A stretch of 63,412 nucleotides of DNA, filler included, from Rhabdomonas costata (lineage: Eukaryota), in assembly GCA_019059605.1 (NCBI GenBank). It is 47 parts of 47 records of this genome, joined end to end, with 100 filler letters (N's around TTAATTAATTAA, not from the genome) between each part and the next. Parts side by side here need not be neighbours in the genome. Positions count along the whole stretch, not along the records: positions 22,984 to 24,234 come from JAHMHO010021862.1; positions 24,335 to 25,585 come from JAHMHO010021863.1; positions 25,686 to 26,935 come from JAHMHO010021864.1; positions 27,036 to 28,287 come from JAHMHO010021865.1; positions 28,388 to 29,638 come from JAHMHO010021866.1; positions 29,739 to 30,989 come from JAHMHO010021867.1; positions 31,090 to 32,340 come from JAHMHO010021868.1; positions 32,441 to 33,691 come from JAHMHO010021869.1; 39 more parts are not named here. One strand, written 5' to 3'. Numbering within the stretch: position 1 is the first letter of the stretch; each line of letters starts with the position of its first letter. The notes beneath the pieces were generated by a model. It worked only from the letters and a program-made list of their open reading frames with translations, was not told where the DNA came from and searched no databases. Positions 23,291-36,059 of the stretch are shown here, piece by piece. The translations under genes and the position numbers were made by a program.

Positions 23291-24214
23291 CTCACCAATC
23301 ACGCGCAGCGGAAACAGATGCAGGTCGCGAAACACAGCCGCGTCAAAGACACCCATATGTGCGGTGCACATCACAAAATAGAGGTCAGGGTCCGAGTTCT
23401 GCCAAGCAATAAGTTTGTCGTGCACCAAGCTGCAGTAGTAGGGTCTTTTTGTGACGGCACCCAACGAAAACCGCGGGGTCGTCAGAATGTTGCGCAACTG
23501 CGCCTCGGGAATGCCTTTAAGCACGTCCAGCAAGGGGCGTGTCCATGCAGCTTGAGAGTAAAAGGAGCCGGGTCCCCCGATGACCCCGTCCACGTCCAGA
23601 AAAACAAACTTGGCCCTGTCCCACTGAATTCCAGCGGTCGTCTCATCCCTGAGTAAAGCAGGGCCATCCACAACGCAAGCAACGGACGCCTCCTCGAGAG
23701 TGGAGTTGACTTTGATATTTGGAATTGGTATCCCACTGCAGGCCTGCCGCAGAAAATGTGGAAAAGGGTGGCCCAAGACTACCACGGGCATTATGAAGTC
23801 CAGCTTCTGCAAAAGCTCGGGTTCTTCAGGAGCTTTCACCGAGCGAAGATGAACCGCCGCCTTACGCAACGCAAAATCAACGGGCAGCGAGAGGTCATGC
23901 AGAGCGCGAAGCTTGTGCAGGTCCTCAGGAGTTTTGCTTCGCATCAGCTCGTCTGCTAGATCGACACGTGGCGCAGTGAACCATGGCAGCGAGTGAATCT
24001 GTCCCACCACTTCACTGGCGATTCGCAGACAAGCAGGTTCCAGCGCCGAGGAACCCCTGAAACCCCCGTGCCAAGAGGAGTTGAAAGCTCCGTGTTTGAA
24101 GGAAACCCCGGCTGAAGTGGCGGCCAATTTTAATTCAGCGAGTGAATTTTCGAAAATCGAGCACCATGCTGCTGCCGCTGGCTCCGCACAAGCAGAAAGT
24201 TGACGGCTCCACAC
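23291..24214 (-). CDS. Long exon of unknown protein containing a HAD-superfamily motif I
   Basis: More than 300 open codons. FVFLDVDGVI fits hhhDxDGxh. Donor-like GT near 23290-23295. Confidence 0.6.
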
Positions 24215-25859
24215 AACCCAACCACACCCAACACNNNNNNNNNNNNNNNNNNNNNNNNNNNNNNNNNNNNNNNNNNNNTTAATTAATTAANNNNNNNNNN
24301 NNNNNNNNNNNNNNNNNNNNNNNNNNNNNNNNNNGGTTGGTGGGGGAAATTAAGAGAATGAAGGGGAGGGCGGAACCTGCCCGCTTGAGTCGGGGGAGAA
24401 ACGAAGACAGAATGCAGAATACAGAGAGTAGTTGGGATTTTTCCCCGGGCTGCTGCGATGCCGTCGGGAAAGTTACGTTTGCAGCCAGGCAGCAGTTGGA
24501 ATGGGCTCCAAATTGGTTTCTTCGAAGGATGGCGGCCCAAGCCGGCAGCCCAAACCGGGTTTCACAGAGGGGCGCCCAGCCGAAAAACCGGGCGCAACGT
24601 AACCGAAAGGCGCCCCTGGGGACAGCAAACACGAACCCTAATATGCGAGCGGGTTGGCTCGCAAAAATGCGGGGGGTAGGGGCCCAACACACACAAAAAC
24701 CACTAATGACTACTTCGGAAGCGGGAGTTCGCACGTCTATTCTGCTTTTGCTTGCCTTCTACCTCTTTGTTTGTCCTTATGTTCCCTACACTGTGGGCTG
24801 TATCAACAACCGCGAGCGTCACCGTGCCAATCCACGAAAGGGGCTAAAAGTGCGCTTCATACTAAGAGCGCATTCGGTATTGTAGTCAACTTCTTGTTTT
24901 TAACGATACCAACGCAAAAAAGTATCCGGCAACGGCAACATTGGGAAGATCAACACATGCAGCTCAGCAACATCAAGACATCCAAACTGTGACACACACA
25001 CCTGAAACAAAAACTGTTGCTCCAGAAAAAATATTCACATGCAGGCGCGCAGACACGGGCAACGCAGAGAACAGGGAAACCCTCATTATTCCCTCGGAAA
25101 TGGGCTGCACTGCACAAATAACACTTCCTCACGGAAGGACGTCGAAGCCCATACAAAGAAGTACACCTTACAGCTGGAACGCACACGTACCCCCGCCACA
25201 CAAATGAGAATACGAAGCCAACCATCTGCCCTGTCCTCATCCTACCCACAGCTGCCCAGGGCAAGCCGAGGCAAAAGAACGAACGAACACAGAGGGGGGA
25301 GGGCAGAAGGTCCCGCATCAGGGAGGCTAGTGAGCAGAACAAAATACACCACCTTTTCCATTGTCAATTTCGCCTTGGCGCGCTCAAAGGAGCGAGGCAA
25401 GGTCACTCCCCCGAGATCCTATCGCTTTGTGAAAAAAACAAATACAACAGCGCAGATGAGCGCCGGACCAAAAGTCAACACTTCCAAACAATGCAGACAC
25501 ACCGTATGATGAAAAACTCCACATTTCACATGCGCAAACACAAGCAAATGGAATTGACTTTTCCAGCTTGCAAGAAACCCAAAACNNNNNNNNNNNNNNN
25601 NNNNNNNNNNNNNNNNNNNNNNNNNNNNNTTAATTAATTAANNNNNNNNNNNNNNNNNNNNNNNNNNNNNNNNNNNNNNNNNNNNTGTTGGTTTTTTATA
25701 CCTATTTGTGGTCACAATCATCTGCGTGGTAATGGTAAACATGTACATGCTAAAATGTCTATAAAAATTTGAGTGTTATTTTTATCGTATGTATTGTAAT
25801 ATTGAACTATTTGCTCCATTTGATAAGTACATACCTAGAAAATATATGCATGCACCAGT

Positions 25860-26930
25860 CATGTTAGAGGGGGAGATGCTTTCGTGATGAGTTCTTCACG
25901 ATTAGTTAGCACTGCTTGCTCTTGCTGGCTGCGCATCAAATGGCTCAACGACAGTGGTGCAGGTTGCAGCTGCATCATGAGTATGTCATGATGAGCAAAA
26001 GGGCAGCGAGTCCGGATGATGGCGGGATATACATCTTGATCTGTAGCCAGATCCTTTTCCCAATGCCCGCTTCCCAAGACAGAAATCATCTAAAAATATC
26101 TACAGTAGCAGCTGGGGGCACACGGAGCTGAAGTGCATTGTGCCTTGCACAAGCTGATTTACTGTTGAAGGCATGTCTGCGAACGTCACAATGTGCGTCG
26201 CGTGGTGTTCCATCTGTGGGTAAGGTCATCCATGGTCCGCAATTTCTCGACTACAAACCTGACAAATGGTGGGCATTTTTCCTGCGGATCTCCAATTGTT
26301 TCTGCGTTTTCCCATTCGTCTTGCAAGGTGATACCCAAAAAATCGTCCCAGCACTGCGCCGTCTTGATCCTCTTCAAGATCACAGCTCGTTGTCTGTTTG
26401 ATCCAGTATCTTCTTGGCTCATGAAGAGACTCATGGCCGTCAGAGATTTCTGAATCTGATCTGGGGAGATCCCGAGCTCTTCTGCTAGCTCCGCAATCTT
26501 GGTTTCGTATGGGCGCAGTTCAGCTGCAGAAGCTGTCCCAATGCGTGATGGAGCGATCGTCTGAGCACCCTGTGGAAGTGCAAACATTTGCTGCATTGCT
26601 GAAATTCCAAGTTGCAAGTTTGGATGCGCACTGTTTCCTGCACGTGGCGCTAGAAAACGAGATTGGCCCCGCTGCCACTGGAACCCGGGTTTCAGTTTGC
26701 TCTTGCATTTGAGCAACACGCGACACTGAAGTCGCTCTTCGCTGATGAACCAAGACCCGATGCACAGCCTGAGAAATAGGTTGAAGCGGAGCCTGTGGCA
26801 AAGGCTGAAGTGCAACCCTACCATTACCAGCTGAATTGCGGCTCTTCATTGCTAAGCTTTTTATGCGAAGCCCAAGAGATTCCGCCGCCGAGTCCTTCAA
26901 GGAAATTTTGCCCATCCTCCTCCTCAGATT
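25860..26930 (-). pseudogene. Frameshifted coding-like segment, possibly transposon-derived
   Basis: Overlapping ORFs 26915-26520 and 26824-26186 look like one frameshifted gene. Downstream frames are broken by stops. Confidence 0.3.
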
Positions 26931-28387
26931 GCCGGNNNNNNNNNNNNNNNNNNNNNNNNNNNNNNNNNNNNNNNNNNNNTTAATTAATTAANNNNNNNNN
27001 NNNNNNNNNNNNNNNNNNNNNNNNNNNNNNNNNNNGGGGGGGTATGTGAGATGCATGAGAGGTGGTCTTAGGACGTCCTCACCATCAATTGGATTAATTG
27101 GAAGGGGGTGGTTTGGCATTCGATGTTCGCTTCTATGGGTTCTGGTCTTCGGGGTTTATACATTTAGGGAGTATACAAGCAGGGCACATGCGAGTATACG
27201 ACCAACAAAATACGCCCCTGCGATGTGGGGCCCCACGAAATCGCATCAGTGTATGAGTGGTGATGCAGTGGTATCATGCCCAGCTCTTCTTCATCTATGC
27301 ATTCGTGTACATGGTGAGTCAATTTGAAAAAATGGTGGCAGATGCTGGTATGGTGGTCTTAAGACGTCCTCTCTCTAAATTGCAGGGTGGTGCCGCAAAT
27401 TCGGGTGTAATTTTTATGAGTGAAAACGGAAGGATACATTTTTTGGCCTTAAGTATACATGCTTCGCTTTGCGTTGGGTTCAGGTCTCAGTAGTCGTGGT
27501 TTTTGCGTCTTGGGTTCGAGGTTTTGGTTCGGGTTCCGTGAGTCGATTCCGTTATTGGTCGCTGGTGGGTTTTAAGGCGTGCATTTTGGGTTCGGTGTAT
27601 TTTTTCGTCTTTGTGGTTGAGTTCTTGGGTGTATGTGTGTCTGCGAGTCGAAGGTTTCAAGGTGTCGGCATTTCTGTCTTCGGGTTTTGGTGTTCAGTGT
27701 CGGTTTATGGTTCGCGGATGTCCATCTGGATGTCCAGGTGGAAGGGAGATTGGGCGAATGAGCGTGTTGTAGCTCTGCCACTGATGTTAGCGTGTCGGCC
27801 AAAACATTGGTGCCCCACTCCGTATCTTTCACCTAGTATACCCAATGTTGGTCGGTGTAGCATCTCCATACGTGGAATAGAGCTGAGGTTGGAACAGTAA
27901 CGTAGTGTATGGCTATGCAATCGTCAGCCCCACACCAAGGGCATCCAAGCTTTGGGTAACAGGCCACCACTGGTGAGTACGGAATCCCAACAAAAAGGTA
28001 AAGAGAACCTACGCGCAGTAAGATCCTGACAACCTACTACGGTACGAGATGCCATGATGCAGGAGGAATGTCGATGCCACAATGCCACCACCCTACTCCA
28101 CAGAAGGGAAGTAGGAGGATAGGTGTTAGCAACGTGTACATACGCCACATGCCCTACCCATCGTTGAGTCATCCTCGCGTAGGAACCACAATGTAAGAGT
28201 GGAAAGGGTGACGTAGGCGTAAGACATCCTGGTTGAGTCAAACCCTGCGTAATGTAGGTCGCCGAGACCGAACCACCCAACTCAACANNNNNNNNNNNNN
28301 NNNNNNNNNNNNNNNNNNNNNNNNNNNNNNNTTAATTAATTAANNNNNNNNNNNNNNNNNNNNNNNNNNNNNNNNNNNNNNNNNNNN

Positions 28388-29630
28388 GGTTTTTGGGAGA
28401 ATGGCATACCGATCCCAGCGGCCACCAGGCTGGGACGAAGTAACTGCCCTGCCTGCGCCGTGATCGCGTCGTCGCTCTCCCACACGCACAGCCGTCGCAC
28501 GGTGGTGCCCACACTGACGTAGAAGCTGCCGTGGCTGACCCCCGTGATGTTGCCCTGCGGCTGGTAGCTGAAGGCACGGCCGCCCTTCGACAGTAGGCTG
28601 CTCTGAGCCACCAGGCTGCGCAGGAACTCCCCCAGGAACTTCAGAAGCATCACCTTGCTCAGCTGACCCACGCACTCTCCCCGGTCACCCAGCATGCAAG
28701 CGGTCACTGCGACAAGCATGTTGAGTGCGGCGGTGACGTAAACCTCGGAGTACCCTGGGTTGAACAGGTTGCTCGGGCTGGACCGGAAGTTTGTGCTGAG
28801 GCCGCGGGAGTAGGACCCGCTCTGCATGGCGGCGTTGGTCATGGCATCGCCCTTGGGATCAAACGACACCAGCTTGGTAAAGATCGGCAGGTAGGTGGTG
28901 GTATTGAAGTTGTACATCTCCGTCCCCATGATACTGGAAGTGATAGGATGTGCGAATCATACTGCAGATCTCGAATTGCCTCCCCTGAACACGTTTCTGT
29001 CGAGCACAAAACACCAACCAATTGCAGTGGACCAGGTCCGGCAGAGTATAGAGTGAAAGAATAGGAAGAATAAAGGGAATGGAAGCACGCGTGCGAGGGA
29101 CGAGGGCGTTTCTTGTACAAGGAAAGGTGGTTGCGAGGCGAGGGGAAAAACTGAAGTGTAGGGAGTGGAAATGCGCAAATGAGAGGTGCTGTATGCAGAG
29201 AGAAACCGAAGCGAGAGAGTGAATAAAAAGTTTTGCGTGCGCCCGAGTTGTGTCTACTGTGCGCGCTAAACCCACTCAATGACATTCTCATGCCACTATC
29301 ACACCTGTGTTCCAGAACAGCAAAACGGTAAGAAAACAGAGCACAAAAAGTCAAACCTGCAGTTGCTGCCCGGGAAGTTCACCGTGTCGTTGCACACCGT
29401 GGCGTTGAACGAGATGAACTGCGCAAATGGACCAAAGGAAATCATCCGCCCATGCCCAGGAAGCCCGGGCCAGATCACAGTGGTGGCGTAGTACGTGTCT
29501 GGTACCCCAAGAAGGTGTGGCACCGTCAAAGGCCACCAATACTTCATCGCATTCGAAAAGCTGTCCATCCGAAGCCCTGCCTGCCGGAAGTACATCGACT
29601 CCGCGTAGTTCAGCATGTGCCCGATCTCAA
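28388..29630 (-). CDS. Probable extracellular or receptor sensor region, two exons
   Basis: Exons ~29630-29357 and 28933-28388 join in phase 2 (AG+T = Ser) through a GT-AG intron. High GC3 and several N-glycosylation sequons (NAT, NDT, NTT, NIT). Confidence 0.65.
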
Positions 29631-31299
29631 ACAACACCNNNNNNNNNNNNNNNNNNNNNNNNNNNNNNNNNNNNNNNNNNNNTTAATTAATTAANNNNNN
29701 NNNNNNNNNNNNNNNNNNNNNNNNNNNNNNNNNNNNNNGGGGGTTTGGTGCACCTCACCAGAATGCAATTATGCTGTCACTACTAGGACTTCCTTCCTTT
29801 CAGTGCTAAACATTTTTATTTGTGCCGTGCTGTCGACATGCCTTCCGGTGCTTCGGTTAGACAAGCGAGTAACTTTCATCTCTTCTTGGTTGGTTGGTTG
29901 GGATGGGGTTCTCATGTGGAAACCCAGAAGAGGTTTCCACTGTTTTCTTTGCAAGATTCTAGACCGCGGATGAGGACCTCCAGAGCAGCGATTGTATGGT
30001 TTCGCATTCATCTGACAATCTTGACTGATGAAAAAAATTGTGATGAGAAATGTAGCGAACTGTGAGAGAAAGTAATTGAAAATATTTGATAAGAAGTCCT
30101 TAAAGGCCCCCTCCCAGGTGACGACCGCGACCCACCCGTCCGCTCGGCCGGCCGGCCGCCATGTCGCTGGGCTACGCCCTAAACTAATGCAATTCCACCC
30201 AAACCCCAGCGAAGCGCAGAGCCAGTCCTTAGCCAGCAGTCGTCATGAGGTGCTGAGCGAAAGCACTCATCTAGGGAGCACTAGCACAGCTTACCTAACC
30301 CCATTTCACTGCAATCATCATCATTTTGAGGGTGCTGGCATGTTTTACCGACCCCTTTTGAAGTAAATTTAGCAAAGTTGTTTTCACCTTTCTCTGTTTA
30401 CACGCACCCGCTTTCAAGAATCGAGACATTCTCTTCGATCGCTCCCTGAACAAGCACATGTCCGGATGTCACTTTAACTCATAGCTGTACCCCGAGCGAG
30501 GCCGCGAAAGGTGTCGCGGGTCGAAGGCAGGGGTTTATTCTGCCCATAAAAAGGGAGAAGCGAGCGAAAGGAGGTCAGGTGACCCTCTCTCTAGCACACC
30601 ACAATCCCGTGCAGAGTGAAAAGGGAATGCGTGCGTGCGTGGGTGCGGGTATAGGATGAGTCGCTAGGCAGGCTGGGACAGCCAGCAGCCCAGGCACTCC
30701 GCAATGTTCGGTTGCAGGTTCGGCAGTAGGGAGCACACCAGCGGCACCTAAAGGGAGCAAGAAGGAACATTCCCCATTGGCTTGGTACTTTGACAACCGG
30801 CCCATATGGCAGTGATCGGGCAGCCCTTTAAGATTTTCATTGGTGGTGATGGCAGTGGTGAAGCTCATTCCCTCACCATGAACGTGGACATCACAGATTG
30901 CGGAAACAAATCACCAGCTGAAAACGCCATGTGATTCAGCAAGTCCGACTCTCGACTCTCATAATCGTGAGAACCTTCGACTTTCGAAANNNNNNNNNNN
31001 NNNNNNNNNNNNNNNNNNNNNNNNNNNNNNNNNTTAATTAATTAANNNNNNNNNNNNNNNNNNNNNNNNNNNNNNNNNNNNNNNNNNNNGGTTGGGGGTA
31101 ATGGGGTAAAGAAGGCGCCGCACGCCGTGGTCAGGGGTCCCGAATTGAAACTCCGGTTCATGCGTTTCCAATGGGCATTCCCCATGACGTGTGACTGCTA
31201 TGAAACCAATAAACGCCCCATCGTCCCCATGTCGCCGCCGTTACCTCATTTTTCGCCGCCCTTTTCGTCTCCAAAAAGCCCCCTTTTCAAGGCTTTTCG

Positions 31300-32310
31300 C
31301 CCTAAAAACCCTTGGTCAATTTCTAGGAGGTTGTTTTTTACCCAGGAAAACCCTTCTTTGACCATTACCAAATGCCGAGACGGCCACATTCCAAAGGGTT
31401 CGATATTTCTGCAAAATTTCTACGACCCCAAAACTTGGTGAATAGGTCCCCTTCACCGTGATGGACTCCGGGACAACATCGTTCTATATTCCGAAAACGC
31501 GCTTCTTAACGCTTTTGGTTCCGAACTGAAACGAAGGCGTTCATCGTGTTCATTTTCGAATGTTGGACGTCAAATGGGGTCTATTCGTCTCCGGACCCCG
31601 CTGCGTGGCCCCTTGGTTTACACTTTTGGGGTAGGTGTAAACCCCCTCAGCGGACACCTCTCCCAGGTATTGCCGCCTCCACCCAAATCATCCATTTTGC
31701 AGTGAAAACCCCATTTTCGACCCTTTGTATGGGCCTCGGAGCGGCCTAAAAACGCGTTTTTACGAACCACCGACCTCACGCATCAAAGCGGCCTCAAAAC
31801 GCGTTTTTCGGAACCACCGACCTCAAAAACATAATCTGGGTCGATTTACCAAGGGTCGATTTCTTCGCCCCGGACACCCCATTTTCGACCTTTTTGGTGG
31901 ATCTCGGTGGTGCTGGTTGTGGAGCTCAAAACGCGAATTTTGGCTCAAAATCGGCCTTTTCTGTGTAAAATTGGTACATTTGGGCTTTGTAAGCGTGTTT
32001 TTAGTGTTCTACAACCCCAAAAATGGGGAGATAGGCCACCGATTAAAATTGTCGAACTTTAGTCGAACTAGTCGAACTTTGCCCGGTACTTTTTCCATCG
32101 GATAGCCGAAGTTCCCTCATCGAATCCCGTTTTGACGCAAAAAATCCCCTTTTTCAAACTTTTTGCCCCCAAAATCCGTCCCCAGAGCCTCAAAAATCAT
32201 CAAATCCACATAAAAACGCGTTTTTCGGAACTCCCGACCTCAGAAACGTCATGTTGGGTCGATTTCCAGATCGTTTTTTTCACCCAGGACAACCCATTTT
32301 CGTCCCTTAC
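31300..32310. repeat. Non-coding, internally repetitive A/T-tract-rich element
   Basis: AAAACGCGTTTTT...CCGACCTCA occurs at ~31748, ~31796 and ~32213. CCCATTTTCG occurs at ~31710, ~31878 and ~32293. Confidence 0.7.
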
Positions 32311-32526
32311 ATCCTAACACCGAGGCAGACCACAAAACACNNNNNNNNNNNNNNNNNNNNNNNNNNNNNNNNNNNNNNNNNNNNTTAATTAATTAANNNN
32401 NNNNNNNNNNNNNNNNNNNNNNNNNNNNNNNNNNNNNNNNTTTGTGGTGTAAATCATCACAAGGCGCCCCGTGGGTGGTGGCGGGGTGGCCCCGACGCGA
32501 GAGAGAGGCACTCCTGTGGCCCTCAG

Positions 32527-32658
32527 GACCTCTTGGAGGCGGTACTCGTTCCAGAGGAGATAGCGGTAGACCCCATTCAAGAGGCGCCTGCATAGCGGGA
32601 GCCCAAACTTGGGGCAGTGCGAGGGGGCCTCGTCTCGGCCCGTCATATACTGCGCCAC
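32527..32658 (-). CDS. Exon of unknown protein
   Basis: AG/GT-bounded exon VAQYMTGRDEAPSHCPKFGLPLCRRLLNGVYRYLLWNEYRLQE. Lower end approximate. Confidence 0.45.
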
Positions 32659-33791
32659 CTAAGCGGCCATAGCGTTATTGATGACAAACAAGGGGCAAGA
32701 GGGTTTGTCATTGCTGTTGATGAGTTTGATGGCATTGTTGATGCGAGGGGCTATCGATCAAAATCGATCGTTTGACAGTTTAACGGTATAAAACGATTAA
32801 CGCCACTTCCCTCTCTCTTAATCTCAACACCCCCAAAGTCCGCACTTTGGGTAACCCAGATTTCTCACAAAATGCCAGAATTTTCGAAGCGGCTTCTCTT
32901 CAAAGGTTTTGGCATGGGGTTGGTTTTGCTTGCGGGTAGAATCCTAATTCTCAAAGAATTGCTATGGATTCAGCAGAAATCAACACTGAATAATTAGGAA
33001 GTAGAAGCAAAATACGAAATTCTTGGGATTTTTTTTTTACACCCAAAACTTCAATTAAGGCAAGTAGGGAAGGGATCGTTCATGATCCCGTGTGCGCGGT
33101 ACAAGAACATAAGACGAAGACGACTGACACAAAACCAGAGGCACATTAAACAGATCCGCGCACCCAACCATCCAGGGCCGCTTTTTTTATGCCCCATTTT
33201 TCTCGTTTTTTTCTTTCTCGTTTCCACACGAGCGGCAAGTACAACACCGGAGTGAGTGTTAGGCAAGCGCGATCACCAACAACTCTAACTGCAGCGGCAT
33301 GAACATCAACACTCGCCAGCCGAAAGTCAACTACAGCCGATTTCATTCGCCCACACACAAACGGCTGCATTCCTCTAGTCTTCCAAAAAAAAAAAGGGAA
33401 ACAACCAAAGACGGACTCCGGTCAAGTGCACAACCTGTATGAAGACAACTCTGCCTTGGCTTAGTTTTTGTACGCCATTGACTAGTGCCAACATATCGGA
33501 CGTACAACAAGAAAAAAGAAAAGAAAAATAAAAATAAAGACTCATCATCCGGCAAGGTCACCGGCCTCAGTTGACGTATCCAGCCACGCCACTTCCCTTC
33601 CGCTAAAAATCCACCCTCCCCCGGACACAACAACACAAGTGGGGGCATACCGCAGACACTAGCCCGCGGTTAGCTAACGCCACCCCCCACCNNNNNNNNN
33701 NNNNNNNNNNNNNNNNNNNNNNNNNNNNNNNNNNNTTAATTAATTAANNNNNNNNNNNNNNNNNNNNNNNNNNNNNNNNNNNNNNNNNNNN

Positions 33792-34400
33792 CGTCCTTTC
33801 CACTACTAATCACCTGTGTGGATTGATCAACCGTAAATCTCTACTCGCACTATGTGGATGGATTGCTCGCCTATCTTCTCCTGTTTCCGCGGCCTTCCCC
33901 GCTACTGGGTCTTTTGAGCTCTGAACCACTTGGATCAAACTTGGATCACACCTCTGCTCCAAATGCGCTCACCTTGGTCCAAGGCAAACTATGCTAACAC
34001 GTGCCAACGATGCACCATGACTTCTTCAGGGGCTTGGACTTTCAACGAAACTCTGCTACCATGTGTCACAAAGTTATACGTGTACTCCAACACAGAGCTG
34101 CGCTCCTCGTGCAGCACGGGGCTTTATCGACTAACTACTCTGCTACCAGGTGTCAATCTGGTAGACCTTTCATCGCACGTTGCGCTAAAAGCGGGTCGTA
34201 AACAAGCCTCAGCTACCAAGTGTCACACTCCAACTATGCTGCGGGAACTCTTACGTGGCTCCTACCTCTTTGGGTGATCGTGCCTTTGGATCTCACTCGA
34301 GCTGGACTGTATCCCGATTTTGCTTGCACAATTGGGCGCTGCCTCGGCTTACATAGATCTCTTGGCACCTGGAACGTGGCGGAGGTCTCTTCCGTTCGTC
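33792..34400 (+). mobile_element. Decayed non-LTR retrotransposon reverse transcriptase fragment
   Basis: Frameshifted pieces LSTTNHLCGLINRKSLLALCGWIARLSSPVSAAFP and VIRVLQHRAALLVQHGALSTNYSATRCQSGRPF follow the order of the LINE RT blocks RPISL-x-N...Q-x-AF and G-x-LS...G-x2-QG-x-PLS. Confidence 0.45.
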
Positions 34401-34933
34401 CGGGGGTCGCTCTGGTGCTCTCTGCGGGCGTCGCATTTCTGAAACGGGGTCGTGGGTGCCAACCACTTTTCGATTTTCCTGGCGACCTCTGGCGGCACTA
34501 CTCTGCAGACCAGGTGGGGTTACTTGTGGCTCGTGAAGGCTGCTTTAGGCACGGGGGGGTCTCTTGGCCGGGCCTTGCCCACACCTTCTGGGCTGTGGAG
34601 GGTTTTCGCTGGGCGGGTCTCGCCGCTTATGCCTTTCGCCAATCTCTAACCCAAAAAGAAGGCTGTGGAAGGGGCACGCGACCGCACACACACACACACA
34701 CCCCGTGTCCCGTGTTCACCGCACTAACGCCACACCCTTTTCCACCCCTCTCCCTCTGCTGGTGCCTCGGGTCTCCGCGGCTCTCGCCTGCGGTTCCGCT
34801 GCGGTTCTGCTGTACCTCCTCTGTAAAAACACGATGAAAGGCGAAACACAACACAAATTCAAACAAAAAGCGACCTTTTAGGTTTAATTCCGCATTAAAG
34901 GGGTCACGCATTTTTAAGAACCTAATCAAGGAA

Positions 34934-34963
<30 letters not shown>
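34934..34963. repeat. (CT)n microsatellite
   Basis: Directly visible in the sequence. Confidence 0.9.
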
Positions 34964-34965
<2 letters not shown>

Positions 34966-35332
34966 GTCATTCTCCTGGTAAAACCTGCATGACCTGTGAA
35001 CACTTTGGAGAAAGGTGAGAATGCAACTTGTTCCCCCCCAACCCNNNNNNNNNNNNNNNNNNNNNNNNNNNNNNNNNNNNNNNNNNNNTTAATTAATTAA
35101 NNNNNNNNNNNNNNNNNNNNNNNNNNNNNNNNNNNNNNNNNNNNTGTGTTGGGTGGTTTGTGCAGGTACCAGCACCCGGCAGCTGGAAGCTCAAAGCGAC
35201 CTAGACATTCCCGATTGGCTCCAGCTACTATGAGACACAGTGAGAGGGCGAATCTCACAATAGTAGTACTGAACGGCAGACGGGTGGTAGTGGTGGTGGT
35301 GTGGTGGTGTGGTGGCGTGTATGTCCGATTGC

Positions 35333-36059
35333 CTGCCGCAGGTTCTGTACGGGCTCCCCTACCACCAGCCGGAACACCGCGGCCAGGGGGGTGCCTGAAG
35401 CACCGCGCTCTGGAACCAGCGCCAGGCTGGTCAGCAGCGGGGGAAGCAGGCGGCCCACAAAGCTTCGCTGCACCGCGGCCACCGCCCGCCCGCCTCGAAC
35501 GAGATCCCCCTCCCGCACGACTTCTGCAGGGAGCAAGAAGAACGCTAACCGTAAAAATGGAGTACCTAGCTGAAGGTATCTGCGGAGACGGCTGCACTCC
35601 CGTGCTTGACACCAGATACTGAGAAGACCGTGAAATTTCGGAAAGCGCGCTGAGAGAACTGGAGAAAGAGCATGTCTCTTTTCCGGTTCCTCCCAAATGA
35701 AGTGAGCGTGGCCCACAGAGAGAGTGCTCGTACTTTCTGCTCTACTTTTGGGTTCGTACTTTCTGCTCGAGACCACAGGCTGATGGCCTCCTCTTTTAAC
35801 CACACTCATACACACCCATACACAATCACACTCACACCACAAAAACCTACAGCCATTGCAATGGTCTGCGACGAGAGCCGCAGCACCAGTTCTGTGTAGT
35901 GATAGAGCAGCTCCGTGGCTGTGCTTCGAGGGAACCGCCGCCCCCCTGAGGGGAATGAAGACCCCCCACCGGAGGGGGTCGCTGGAGGTGCGGTGGCGGT
36001 TGGCCCAGGCTCCACTCCAGCCGTGGGAGAGGCAGCGGGCGTTGGACCGGCATCGTCGC
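35333..36059 (-). CDS. Unknown protein, two exons
   Basis: Exons 36059-35847 and 35523-35333 join in phase 1 (...TELLYHYTELVLRLSSQTIAMAVEVVREG...SFVGRLLPPLLTSLAL...). The second exon appears to end at a GC donor. Confidence 0.55.
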
